From the IMG/VR virus record IMGVR_UViG_3300021411_000005, positions 11,909-75,908 of that record: a DNA stretch of 64,000 nt. The stretch is one strand, 5' to 3'. Under the pieces are notes generated by a model. It saw only the letters and a list, made by a program, of their open reading frames with translations, made no database searches and was not told the origin of the DNA. The stretch is from a virus. Lineage: Duplodnaviria > Caudoviricetes. Position 1 is the stretch's first letter, and each line of letters begins with the position of its first letter. The translations under genes and the position numbers were made by a program. This document shows, one piece after another, positions 17,543 to 26,085 of this stretch.

Positions 17543-18120
17543 CAGCAGTCCCCGTAATCCACGGACCCCTGCATGGACACAGCGGCCGGGTCCTGGAGCC
17601 AGGCGGAGTAGGACAGACCGCTGTCCGCCAGAAACTTCTTCAGCCGCCACTCCAGCGCCAGGTCCACACCCGCCGGTTCGTGCACGGTGTGGAACTCCCC
17701 CTCACCGCACCGGCACAGGCCGTGCAGCCGGTCGGCGCCGCTCCAGCCGTGGCGGTAGGCCGGAGCCGGGGGCATGGCGGCCACTCCGCGGCGGATCTCC
17801 ATCTCCGCCAGGAGCAGCGCGACGGCAGCCGTCTGGACCAGCTCTTCCAGCCGGTCGCGGCCGGGAGCCGCGGTGAAGGCTTCGTAGACCTCCTCCAGGA
17901 GCACGGCGTCCCCGGTCCGGGTTCCGGTCTCGATGGCCGCGTCGTTGTACGCCTTGAACATCGCAGCCCAGACACCGTAGGACCGGCCGGTCAGGACGAT
18001 CTCCTGCTCCGCGGTGCCGGTCAGCGGGTACTGCTGGACGCCGAACTTGTCGTCCTGGGCCCGGCGCTCCCGCGCGACGGCGGCCAGGAGCTTCATCACG
18101 ATTACCTTGCTCTGGTCCAT
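17542..18120 (-). CDS. MazG-like all-alpha NTP pyrophosphatase fold protein
   Basis: ERRAQDDKFGVQ...LLEEVYEAF...EELVQTAAVAL. Confidence 0.6.
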   Translation of the reverse strand: MDQSKVIVMKLLAAVARERRAQDDKFGVQQYPLTGTAEQEIVLTGRSYGVWAAMFKAYNDAAIETGTRTGDAVLLEEVYEAFTAAPGRDRLEELVQTAAVALLLAEMEIRRGVAAMPPAPAYRHGWSGADRLHGLCRCGEGEFHTVHEPAGVDLALEWRLKKFLADSGLSYSAWLQDPAAVSMQGSVDYGDC

Positions 18121-18126
18121 GATCTG

Positions 18127-18531
18127 TCAGACCTTCCTCTTCAGGACGTTGTGGACATACCACCGGCCGGACCGGTGCCGGACGGGAACGCGCTCCCCGT
18201 CGGTCCGACCGCAGTCGGCACAGACCTGGAGTTCGTCCCTCCAGGCCGGATTGCGCTTCCAGCCGCAGTGCTTGCACCGCCACACCGTGCACAGGGCGCA
18301 TGCGGCTCCGTGGCGCCGGGCGGGCCTGGGGGTCCTGCGGACGTTGGCCGGGCCGGTGAACCCGGCCGCGGAGCGGAACCGGATCCGCAGCTCCTCCAGT
18401 GTGGTGGCGCAGCGGTCGCACATCGGGTGGCTGTAGGACACCTGGTCGGGGTCCATGGTCCACGCCCGGCAGCGCAGGCACCGGGGCCCGCGCGCAGCGA
18501 CGGCGGCCAGGACGGCGGGGAAGTTGCTCAC
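18127..18531 (-). CDS. Zn-finger-rich hypothetical protein
   Basis: Five CxxC pairs. Confidence 0.6.
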   Translation of the reverse strand: MSNFPAVLAAVAARGPRCLRCRAWTMDPDQVSYSHPMCDRCATTLEELRIRFRSAAGFTGPANVRRTPRPARRHGAACALCTVWRCKHCGWKRNPAWRDELQVCADCGRTDGERVPVRHRSGRWYVHNVLKRKV

Positions 18532-18953
18532 TCCTCCACATCCCAGGTGACCATTTTCGGAAGGCTCCAGCACGGGTTCTTTCCGGCGTGCGCGGCCTGG
18601 ACCGACCAGTCCTTGAACACCCGGGGACCGGCGGGGCCGCTCTCCGTGGTGACCTCCCGGCGGTCCGGGTGGATGTCGATCTCCAGGAAGAAGATCCCGG
18701 CCTTCAGCATCGACACGAAGTAGGCGACCGGCTCCCGGTGGCGGTACAGCTCCCCGGCCACCACCAGGTGGCTGCCGACGATTCCGGCGCTGTCCATGAA
18801 GCCCAGGACCAGGCCGTGGCCGGGACCGGCAGCGGGCGCCAGGACCGGCGCCCTGCCGCGGTACAGGATCTTCTCCGCGGGAGTGTCCAGGACCCGCCGG
18901 TCGGCGGTCGGGCTGTACAGCTCCGCCACGGCGGCCAGGAAGCGGGTGGTCAC
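18528..18953 (-). CDS. Hypothetical protein (141 aa)
   Basis: GTGA overlaps at both ends. Confidence 0.55.
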   Translation of the reverse strand: MTTRFLAAVAELYSPTADRRVLDTPAEKILYRGRAPVLAPAAGPGHGLVLGFMDSAGIVGSHLVVAGELYRHREPVAYFVSMLKAGIFFLEIDIHPDRREVTTESGPAGPRVFKDWSVQAAHAGKNPCWSLPKMVTWDVEE

Positions 18954-19153
18954 GGTTTCACCTGCCGGTACCGCTCGGCAATGCCCCAGAAGGCTCCGGT
19001 CTTCAGCTCCAGCGCGTCGGCCAGGCCGTAGACCGCGATGATCGCGCTGGTGATCTTCTCCGCGTCGTACCAGTGCGGCGCGGTGGTGGTGCCGTTCAGG
19101 CGGAGCTTCACCGACGCCAGGACTTCGCTCCGGTTGTCCAGGGCCTTCAGCAC
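18950..19153 (-). CDS. Hypothetical protein (67 aa)
   Basis: GTG with GGAG RBS. Confidence 0.5.
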   Translation of the reverse strand: MLKALDNRSEVLASVKLRLNGTTTAPHWYDAEKITSAIIAVYGLADALELKTGAFWGIAERYRQVKP

Positions 19154-19539
19154 GGCTCCTCCGTCCGGCGCAGCGACCAGGTGTGCCCGTACATCGGGTG
19201 GTGCCAGTGGCCTCCCCCGGCGGTGAGCACCGGGGATCCGGTGGCCTCTCCGCCGCAGCCGCACAGGGCGTAGGCGTAGACGGAGGAGAGGCAGCACACG
19301 GTGGCCGGGCGGGACGGCTGCCCGAAGGACGGGTACAGCGTGATCTCCGTGCCGGGCTCCGGGTGGCGGTACTCCGCGGCCAGGATCTGGAAGTCCTCCC
19401 GGTTGACCGCGTCGGGGTGCCGGGCGCCGTACGTCTCCAGGTAGGAGCTGGCGACGGCCGACAGGTTGTACTGGCCGTCCAGCTCCAGCACCCGGTTCCG
19501 CACCAGTTCCCGGACCTGCCGTTCACTGAAGGATGTCAT
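19147..19539 (-). CDS. Hypothetical protein, first gene of the leftward operon
   Basis: ATG with AAAGAGGA RBS downstream of a consensus promoter. Confidence 0.6.
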   Translation of the reverse strand: MTSFSERQVRELVRNRVLELDGQYNLSAVASSYLETYGARHPDAVNREDFQILAAEYRHPEPGTEITLYPSFGQPSRPATVCCLSSVYAYALCGCGGEATGSPVLTAGGGHWHHPMYGHTWSLRRTEEPC

Positions 19540-19568
19540 CGGTTCCTCTTTCCTGTATCAGTAGGGCC

Positions 19569-19620
19569 ACCGTACGGGCACTGCCAGATGCTGTCAATCG
19601 CTGCCACTCGATGCTATGGT
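19569..19620. promoter_or_regulatory. Divergent early promoters
   Basis: Minus strand TTGACA (19592-19597)-N17-TACGGT (19569-19574); plus strand TATGGT at 19615-19620, 6 nt before the ATG (leaderless-type). Confidence 0.7.
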
Positions 19621-19626
19621 CCCGGC

Positions 19627-19815
19627 ATGAATGACACTCTGATCACCCGGAGGGAAGCGGCCGACAGGGCATCTGTCGGCCTGCGGACCGTGGACCGGTG
19701 GCTGGCCGAAGGACGGCTGACCCGGCACAAGGACGGTCTGGGCCGTGTGACGATCAGTCCCCTGGAGCTGGACGAACTGACGACCCCCAGGCCCGTCAGT
19801 GCCACCGGCCGGTAG
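19627..19815 (+). CDS. MerR/excisionase-like HTH DNA-binding protein
   Basis: LITRREAADRASVGLRTVDRWLAEGRL. Confidence 0.8.
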   Translation: MNDTLITRREAADRASVGLRTVDRWLAEGRLTRHKDGLGRVTISPLELDELTTPRPVSATGR

Positions 19816-19837
19816 ACCTGCGAGGAACGAGGAAACC

Positions 19838-20311
19838 ATGGCTGCGCGCATCAAGGCCATTGAGACCCAGTACGCGGGGTGCCGGTTCCGGTCCCGCCTG
19901 GAGGCCCGCTGGGCCGTGTTCTGGGACACCCTGGAGTGGCCCTGGGAGTACGAGCCGCAGGGGTTCGCCCTGCCGTCGGGCAACTACCTGCCGGACTTCC
20001 GGGTCCACGTCCCGGACAGCTCGAACGGGCCCGTGTGGTTCGAGGTGAAGCCGCCCGGCGTGCCGGACGACCCGCGGTGGCCGGAGCTGGCCGCCATGAC
20101 GGACGCAATGATCATCGTGGCCAAGGGCATGCACCGGTCGGGGGATTCGTGCAGGAGCGCGCACACCGCTGACGCGTACAGCGGGACGGCGGTCGGCAGG
20201 GACCTCAAGCTGTGGATGCACAGCCCTGCGGCGGCCTGGGACGCGGCGTCCGGCGCCCGGTTCGAGCACGGGGAATCGCCGGTCACCCGGCGCGGCCGGA
20301 GGAAGCGGTGA
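19838..20311 (+). CDS. PD-(D/E)xK-like nuclease
   Basis: FRSRLEARWAVFWD...WEYEPQGF...YLPDF...WFEVKP. Confidence 0.7.
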   Translation: MAARIKAIETQYAGCRFRSRLEARWAVFWDTLEWPWEYEPQGFALPSGNYLPDFRVHVPDSSNGPVWFEVKPPGVPDDPRWPELAAMTDAMIIVAKGMHRSGDSCRSAHTADAYSGTAVGRDLKLWMHSPAAAWDAASGARFEHGESPVTRRGRRKR

Positions 20312-23300
20312 CGGCCGCCGCGGTGACGGAGGTCTCCCCCGTCCATGCGGAGGAACTGGCATCGAGCTGCATCGGGGCGGACCACATCGCAGCGCGCGGC
20401 TACCGCACGCTGTACGGCAGCGACGACGACCGGGCGGAACTGAAGACCCTGCGGATCCCGCGGTTCATGTGGCGCCACGACACGGCGTTCCCCGGGCTGC
20501 TCATCCCGGAGTACCGGGTGACCGGGGAGCTGATCGGCTACCAGTGGAAGCCCGCGGTCCCGCAGCGGAACTCCGACGGGAAGCCGGTGAAGTACGCCTC
20601 CCAGTCGGGGACGCCGAACCACCTGGACATCCCGCCGCTGGTCAGCGACAAGGTAAGGGATCCCAGCAATCCGCTGTGGATCACCGAAGGCGTGAAGAAG
20701 GCGGACTGCCTGGCCACGCTGGAGAAGGCCGTCATCACACTGACCGGCGTCTACAACTGGCGGAGCAAGCTGGGCACGCTGGGGGACTGGGAGGACATCC
20801 CGATCCAGGGGCGGACCGTCGTGGTCTGTTTCGACTCCGACGCGCGCAGCAAGCGGCCGGTCATGCTGGCCATGCGCCGTCTGGGGCTCTGGCTCCAGTC
20901 CAAGGGCGCCGCGGAGGTCCGGTACCTGATCGTCCCCTCCGAGGTTCCGCAGGGGGAGGACCGGGCCGCCGTTGAGGTCAAGGGCGTGGACGACTACTTC
21001 CACGCCGGGGGAACCCTGGAGGATCTGGGGGGCCACGCGGCGCGGGAGCTGCCGGTGGACGGCGCACGGGACGCGGCCTTCTCGGACGCGGTCCTGGCCG
21101 ACACGGTGTGCAGTGAGGAGCTGGAGGGCCAGTACAAGTGGTCGTCCGGCCTGGGCTGGATGGTCTGGACGGGGAAGTTCTGGAAGAGCGCGGAAGACGT
21201 CACGGTGACCGAAGCCGTACGGCTGTGGGTCCTGTCCCAGTTCCACCGGGTGATCGACCTCCAGGGCGCGGACCCGAACCGGGACATGCGCTCCCAGATC
21301 GATGGCTGGCGCAGTGCGCTGGCCGCGTCCAAGCTCAGCAGCCTGGTCAAGCTCAGCCGGGGAATCCTGGAGTGCGACGCATCGGATTTCGACTCCGATG
21401 CGGACGTCCTGAACTGCCCGAACGGCATTCTGGACCTGCGCACGGGCGTGCTGACGACGCACGACCCGGACCGGCTGATGACGAAGATGGCCGGGGTGGA
21501 CTACGTCAAGGGCGCGCAGCACCCGGACTGGGACACTGCGCTGACCGCCCTGCCCGCCGATGTCCTGGAGTGGTTCCAGCTCCGCATCGGACAGGCCCTG
21601 ACCGGCCACCTGACCCCGGACGACCTGGCCGTCATCTGCCAGGGAGGCGGGGAGAACGGCAAGTCCACGGTCTTCAACGCGCTGACCACGGCCGCGGGGA
21701 AGTACCACATCACCGTGGCGGACCGGGCGATGCTGGGCAACGCCAGCGACAACCACCCCACGGAGATGACCGATTTCCTGGGTGCACGGTTCGCCATTCT
21801 GGAGGAGACCCCGGAGTCCCGGCGGCTGGACACCAACCGGCTGAAGAAGCTGGTCGGCACCCGGGAGATCACCGCCCGGAAGATCCGGCAGAACGACATC
21901 ACGTTCACCACGACACACAGCCTCTTCGTGAACACGAACTTCCGCCCGGTGGTGGATGAGACCGACCACGGGACCTGGAGGCGCCTGGCGCTGCTCATCT
22001 TCCCGTACACGTACCGGAAGACCCCGGCGGAGGTTCTGGGGCCCCAGGACCGCCTGGGGGACGGCGCGCTGCGCCAGCGGATAGAGACCCAGCCGGTCAT
22101 GGAGGCCGCACTGGCCTGGGCCGTCCAGGGCGCTCAGCGCTGGTACGACATGGAGCGGATCATGCCGGACATGCCGGACCGGGTGCGGGGGGACACCCTG
22201 GGGTGGCGGAAGGAGAGTGACCCGGTGATGACCTTCGTGGACGAAGAGATCGTGTTCGATCCGGACGCTTTCATCATCGGCTCAGAACTACGGAGCGTGT
22301 TCAACCACAAGATCACGGAGAAGGGCGGCCGGGAGTGGGGCGACAAGACGTTCAGCGCCCGTTTCGGGGGCCATGACCTGGTGGTTCAGCACGGTGTGGA
22401 GTACAAGGTCACCAAAAACGGAACGGGCCTCTCCACCCGCCTGCGGAACCCCTCTTCGGCGTCCACCGTACGAGCCTGGCGAGGCGTCCGATTCTCCGAT
22501 CCGGACGCCGAAACAGGGGGTGGGGCTGAGAACGACCCATTTGGAAAATCCCCGGTCGGAGGGGGTAACCAAGATCAGGTTACGGCAGTTACATCTGCGC
22601 CGATAAGCACAAATCCTGGATCTCGCATAGAGGTTAACCGCCAACGTGTAACTGCTGTAACCGATCTTGAAATCACCCTTCCCAGCGATCAAGGAAATGA
22701 GGAAGAATTGGAGAACTCGATCATGCTTCCCGATGATCCTTTCGGTGAGGCGGAGGACCCCCCGGCCGCTGTGTGGGAGGGCCCGCTGCCGGACCGGGTG
22801 ACATTCGACCTGGAGACCGCTTCGGCCGACGAAATGTTTACTTACGGTGACGGTTTCGTCCGGCTGGCGGGCTTCGCGGCCGACGACGGAGAACCGCGCA
22901 CCGGGGTGGATATCGGGCAGCTTGTCTGGCTGCTGGAGCGCGTCCCGTCGGCCAGCCACAACGGCATGCAGTTCGACGGTCCGGCGCTGGCCTACCACCA
23001 CGGGATGGACTGGGAGAAGTTCAGCGCGCTGGCGGAGGACACGGAGATCAAGGCCCGGCTGGCCGACCCCCCGCGGTCCAAGGAAACCGGCGGGTCGGAC
23101 GACAAGTACGACCTGGACCACACCGCGGAGAAGCTGGGGGTCCGGGGCAAGACCGACAGCGCGAAGCGGCTGAAGAACAAGTTCGGCGGCTGGGACCGGA
23201 TCCCGCAGGACGACCCGGAGTACCACGCCTACCTGTCGGGTGACGTGGAGGCCGGGCGCGCGGTGGACCGCCTGCTCCCCGTCACGGAGTACGGGCGCCG

Positions 23301-24513
23301 GGAGCACCGGCTGGCCGGGCTGGCCGGGCGGATGACGCTGAACGGGTGCCGGGTGGACGTCCCGCTGCTGAAGGAGCGGATCCGGGAGGGGCAGGAGAAG
23401 AAGGCTTCCGCCCTGGAGGCGCTCAGCGGTACCTACAGCCTCCCGCTGGGCCGTGAGGTGATGCGGGGCCGCGGGAAGGCGAAGGCGCCCGCCTGGGAGC
23501 CGTTCAGCTCCCCGCTGGCCACTACGGAGGGCGGCGCCTGGCTGGCCGACCTCTGGAAGCAGTTCGGCGTGGTCCGTCCCCCGCGGACTCCGAACGGCAA
23601 CCTGTCCACCGCCGCGGAGCGGCTGAAGGAGGTGGCGGAGAACAGGCACTGCCCGCCGGAGCTGAAGACCGCGCTGGAGCTGATGGGGATCGTCACCACC
23701 ACCAGGACCGTCTACCAGACCGTGGAGAAGTACCTGACCGTGGAGGGGCGCGTCCATCCGACGGTCAGCATGCGGCAGGCGTCCGGCCGGTGGTCCGTCA
23801 CCAAGCCGGGTCTGACCGTCTTCGGCAAGCGGGACGGCCGCCACATCGAACGGGACGTGATCGTCCCGGAGGAAGGCCACCTCCTGGTGACCTGTGACCT
23901 GGCCCAGGTGGACATGCGCGCCGTGGCCGCGCACTGCCAGGACGAGAACTACATGCAGTTGTTCGAGCCCGGCCGGGACGCGCACGCGGAGATTGCGGCG
24001 CTGATCGGGGTGTCCCGGCAGGACGCCAAGCCGCTGGGCCACGGCTACAACTACGGCATGGGCCGTGCCCGGATGAAGCGGGACGGCCACGATCCGGAAC
24101 TGGTGGACGCGTTTTTCGACGGCATGGAGAGCCAGTTCCCGGTCAAGATGGCGTGGACCAAGGACGTCATTGCCCGGGGCACCGCCGGGGAGCTGCTGGA
24201 CAACGGGTTCGGCCGGATGATGCGCTGCGACCCGCGGTCGGCCTACACCGTGGCGCCCGCGCTGATGGGCCAGGGCGGCGCCCGGGACATCACCTGTGAA
24301 GTGCTGCTCCGGCTGATCGACCGGCACCCGGAGTACCAGCCCTACCTGCGCGCCTACGTCCACGATGAGTTCGTCTTCTCCGTACCGGAGGACCGGGCGG
24401 AGGAGATCGGGGCGGAGATCAAGGACGCGTTCACCTGGGAGTGGAAGGGTGTGCCGATCCTGGCCGACCTGTCCGGCCCGGGTCCGTCCTGGGGTGCGGT
24501 GAGCGCGAAGTGA
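20308..24513 (+). CDS. Trifunctional replication protein: DUF3854-type TOPRIM primase + P4/D5-type SF3 helicase + family A DNA polymerase (with 3'-5' exonuclease)
   Basis: Single 1401-aa ORF: WITEGVKKAD, CFDSD, KGVDD; GGENGKST, AILEE, FVNTNFRP; FDLET, HNGMQFD, YLSGDV; CDLAQVDMR, RQDAKPLGHGYNYG, YVHDE. Confidence 0.9.
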   Translation: MTAAAVTEVSPVHAEELASSCIGADHIAARGYRTLYGSDDDRAELKTLRIPRFMWRHDTAFPGLLIPEYRVTGELIGYQWKPAVPQRNSDGKPVKYASQSGTPNHLDIPPLVSDKVRDPSNPLWITEGVKKADCLATLEKAVITLTGVYNWRSKLGTLGDWEDIPIQGRTVVVCFDSDARSKRPVMLAMRRLGLWLQSKGAAEVRYLIVPSEVPQGEDRAAVEVKGVDDYFHAGGTLEDLGGHAARELPVDGARDAAFSDAVLADTVCSEELEGQYKWSSGLGWMVWTGKFWKSAEDVTVTEAVRLWVLSQFHRVIDLQGADPNRDMRSQIDGWRSALAASKLSSLVKLSRGILECDASDFDSDADVLNCPNGILDLRTGVLTTHDPDRLMTKMAGVDYVKGAQHPDWDTALTALPADVLEWFQLRIGQALTGHLTPDDLAVICQGGGENGKSTVFNALTTAAGKYHITVADRAMLGNASDNHPTEMTDFLGARFAILEETPESRRLDTNRLKKLVGTREITARKIRQNDITFTTTHSLFVNTNFRPVVDETDHGTWRRLALLIFPYTYRKTPAEVLGPQDRLGDGALRQRIETQPVMEAALAWAVQGAQRWYDMERIMPDMPDRVRGDTLGWRKESDPVMTFVDEEIVFDPDAFIIGSELRSVFNHKITEKGGREWGDKTFSARFGGHDLVVQHGVEYKVTKNGTGLSTRLRNPSSASTVRAWRGVRFSDPDAETGGGAENDPFGKSPVGGGNQDQVTAVTSAPISTNPGSRIEVNRQRVTAVTDLEITLPSDQGNEEELENSIMLPDDPFGEAEDPPAAVWEGPLPDRVTFDLETASADEMFTYGDGFVRLAGFAADDGEPRTGVDIGQLVWLLERVPSASHNGMQFDGPALAYHHGMDWEKFSALAEDTEIKARLADPPRSKETGGSDDKYDLDHTAEKLGVRGKTDSAKRLKNKFGGWDRIPQDDPEYHAYLSGDVEAGRAVDRLLPVTEYGRREHRLAGLAGRMTLNGCRVDVPLLKERIREGQEKKASALEALSGTYSLPLGREVMRGRGKAKAPAWEPFSSPLATTEGGAWLADLWKQFGVVRPPRTPNGNLSTAAERLKEVAENRHCPPELKTALELMGIVTTTRTVYQTVEKYLTVEGRVHPTVSMRQASGRWSVTKPGLTVFGKRDGRHIERDVIVPEEGHLLVTCDLAQVDMRAVAAHCQDENYMQLFEPGRDAHAEIAALIGVSRQDAKPLGHGYNYGMGRARMKRDGHDPELVDAFFDGMESQFPVKMAWTKDVIARGTAGELLDNGFGRMMRCDPRSAYTVAPALMGQGGARDITCEVLLRLIDRHPEYQPYLRAYVHDEFVFSVPEDRAEEIGAEIKDAFTWEWKGVPILADLSGPGPSWGAVSAK
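22578..22662. repeat. 16-bp inverted repeat in an AT-richer patch inside the replication gene (candidate origin)
   Basis: GGTTACGGCAGTTACA (22578-22593) and TGTAACTGCTGTAACC (22647-22662) match 15/16 as reverse complements; 53-nt spacer; extra GGTAACC and GGTTAACC nearby. Confidence 0.75.
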
Positions 24514-25222
24514 TCGAGAGAGAGAGAGAGAGAGCGGTGTCCGGCCCCGGATCCTGGATCTTTTCGGAGGCGGAGGCGGGGCCGCCATGGGGTACCACAT
24601 GGCTGGATGGGATGTGACCGGCGTGGACCTGGCGCCGCAGCCCAACTACCCGTTCCGGTTCGTCCAGGCCGATGCGCTGACCTTCCCACTGGACGGCTAC
24701 GACGCTGTTCACCTGTCCCCGCCCTGCCAGGGGTACGGGCGGCTGCGGCACCGGTCGGGCGGGAAGGTCTATCCGCGGCTGATTGCTCCGATGCGGGAAC
24801 GCCTCTTCCGGGAGGCGCCGGACATGCCGTACGTGATGGAGAACGTGGAGGACGCGCTGCCCCATCTGATCAGTCCGGTGATGCTCTGCGGGTCGTCGTT
24901 CGGCCTTCGGGTGCGTCGACACCGGTATTTCGAAACGAACTGGAAGCTGGTCCCGGTCGGCTGCGATCACGGCTGGCAGGACAGGCACAAGCCCTACCGG
25001 CTGTACGTCGGCAAGGCCCGGACCAACGGGCTCGGGTATCGGGAGAGCGGGATCCAGCAAGTGTTCGGCGGTAACCACAACGTGGGCGGCCGGTCGCACT
25101 TTTTCAAGTCGGTGGCCATGGGGATTGACTGGATGACTGAAACCGAGCTGAACGAGTCGATCCCTCCGGCGTACACCGCTCTGGTGGGAACACAACTGAT
25201 GGAGCTGGTGAGTGCGAAGTGA
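24510..25222 (+). CDS. Compact C5 DNA cytosine methyltransferase, out of frame at its 5' end as sequenced
   Basis: Motif I RILDLFGGGGG lies upstream of the first in-frame ATG (24587) with no in-frame start; SPPCQ, ENV, RRHR and ESIPP motifs intact; coupled GTG at 24510 comes into frame if one GA is lost. Confidence 0.85.
24516..24534 (+). repeat. (GA)9G simple sequence repeat
   Basis: 19-nt perfect dinucleotide tract immediately after GTG ATC. Confidence 0.95.
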
Positions 25223-25464
25223 CCGGCTTGCTGGGCCTGGCCGTACGGGTGATGCGGCACGGCATGCTGCCGACACGGGAGCACCTGTCCTGGGCCCTGG
25301 AGGCGGAGGAGTACGTCATCCGGGCGCGGGCGCTGGGGTACAGCCGGGAGGAGGCTGTGGTCCTCCTGCACGAAGCCGTCCAGCGCGGCGGGTACACGGA
25401 TCTGGCGCTGCGGCTGATGAAGACCGGCTGGAGGCCGGTGGACCAGGGAGTGAGGAAGACATGA
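25219..25464 (+). CDS. Hypothetical protein
   Basis: GTGA coupling. Confidence 0.6.
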   Translation: MTGLLGLAVRVMRHGMLPTREHLSWALEAEEYVIRARALGYSREEAVVLLHEAVQRGGYTDLALRLMKTGWRPVDQGVRKT

Positions 25465-25880
25465 GTGATCAGTCCGAATACCCGCCCGGGGTGGAAGACC
25501 GGGACGGCTACGACGCGATGACGTACCTGGAGGGCGGTACGGAGGAGGCCATGGCCGCAGCCGCGCGGATGGACCTGCGGGCAGCGGCCCGTGCCGTGGA
25601 CCCGTCGGGCCTGGTGGGGCGGACGGTCAGGATGAACGCCTTCTGCTCCCGGGAGACGAAGCGGGGTGCGGAGCTGGATCTGTACGCGCAGTACGGCGCG
25701 GCGCTGGGGTTCAGCCGGGAGCGGGCTCTGGAGATCCTGGAGGAGACCGGGAGCCCGGAGCGGGCCAGGGCGAAGATGTGCGACGGGAGCATCCGGGCCG
25801 TGAACGCCCTGGTGGCACTGGCTCCGTCGGCTGTCCCGCTGCTGCTCCGGGCCGTCCGGAGGTGGAACCGTGGACGCTGA
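25461..25880 (+). CDS. Hypothetical protein
   Basis: ATG at 25461 with RBS. Confidence 0.55.
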   Translation: MSDQSEYPPGVEDRDGYDAMTYLEGGTEEAMAAAARMDLRAAARAVDPSGLVGRTVRMNAFCSRETKRGAELDLYAQYGAALGFSRERALEILEETGSPERARAKMCDGSIRAVNALVALAPSAVPLLLRAVRRWNRGR

Positions 25881-26085
25881 GCAGGCCGATCGGATAGCCC
25901 GGACCAGCGTCCACCCCGCGGCCGTCATCCTGGGGTGCCCCGTGGTCCTGATGGCTGCGGGCTGCCCGGCGGGGGAGGCCGACCGGCTGACCGAGCAACT
26001 GGCCGGTGTGGACCACCGGCCCTACTCGCTGGCCCAGGTTGTCCTGGCCATCGCACTGGTGATGAAGGAAGGCACGGAGTCATGA
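25870..26085 (+). CDS. Hypothetical protein
   Basis: ORF track, in operon. Confidence 0.5.
   Translation: MDAEQADRIARTSVHPAAVILGCPVVLMAAGCPAGEADRLTEQLAGVDHRPYSLAQVVLAIALVMKEGTES

Noticed and set aside
19627-19815. Excisionase implying an integrative prophage
   Set aside because: This HTH family is often regulatory, and no tyrosine or serine integrase or att site is evident in the window
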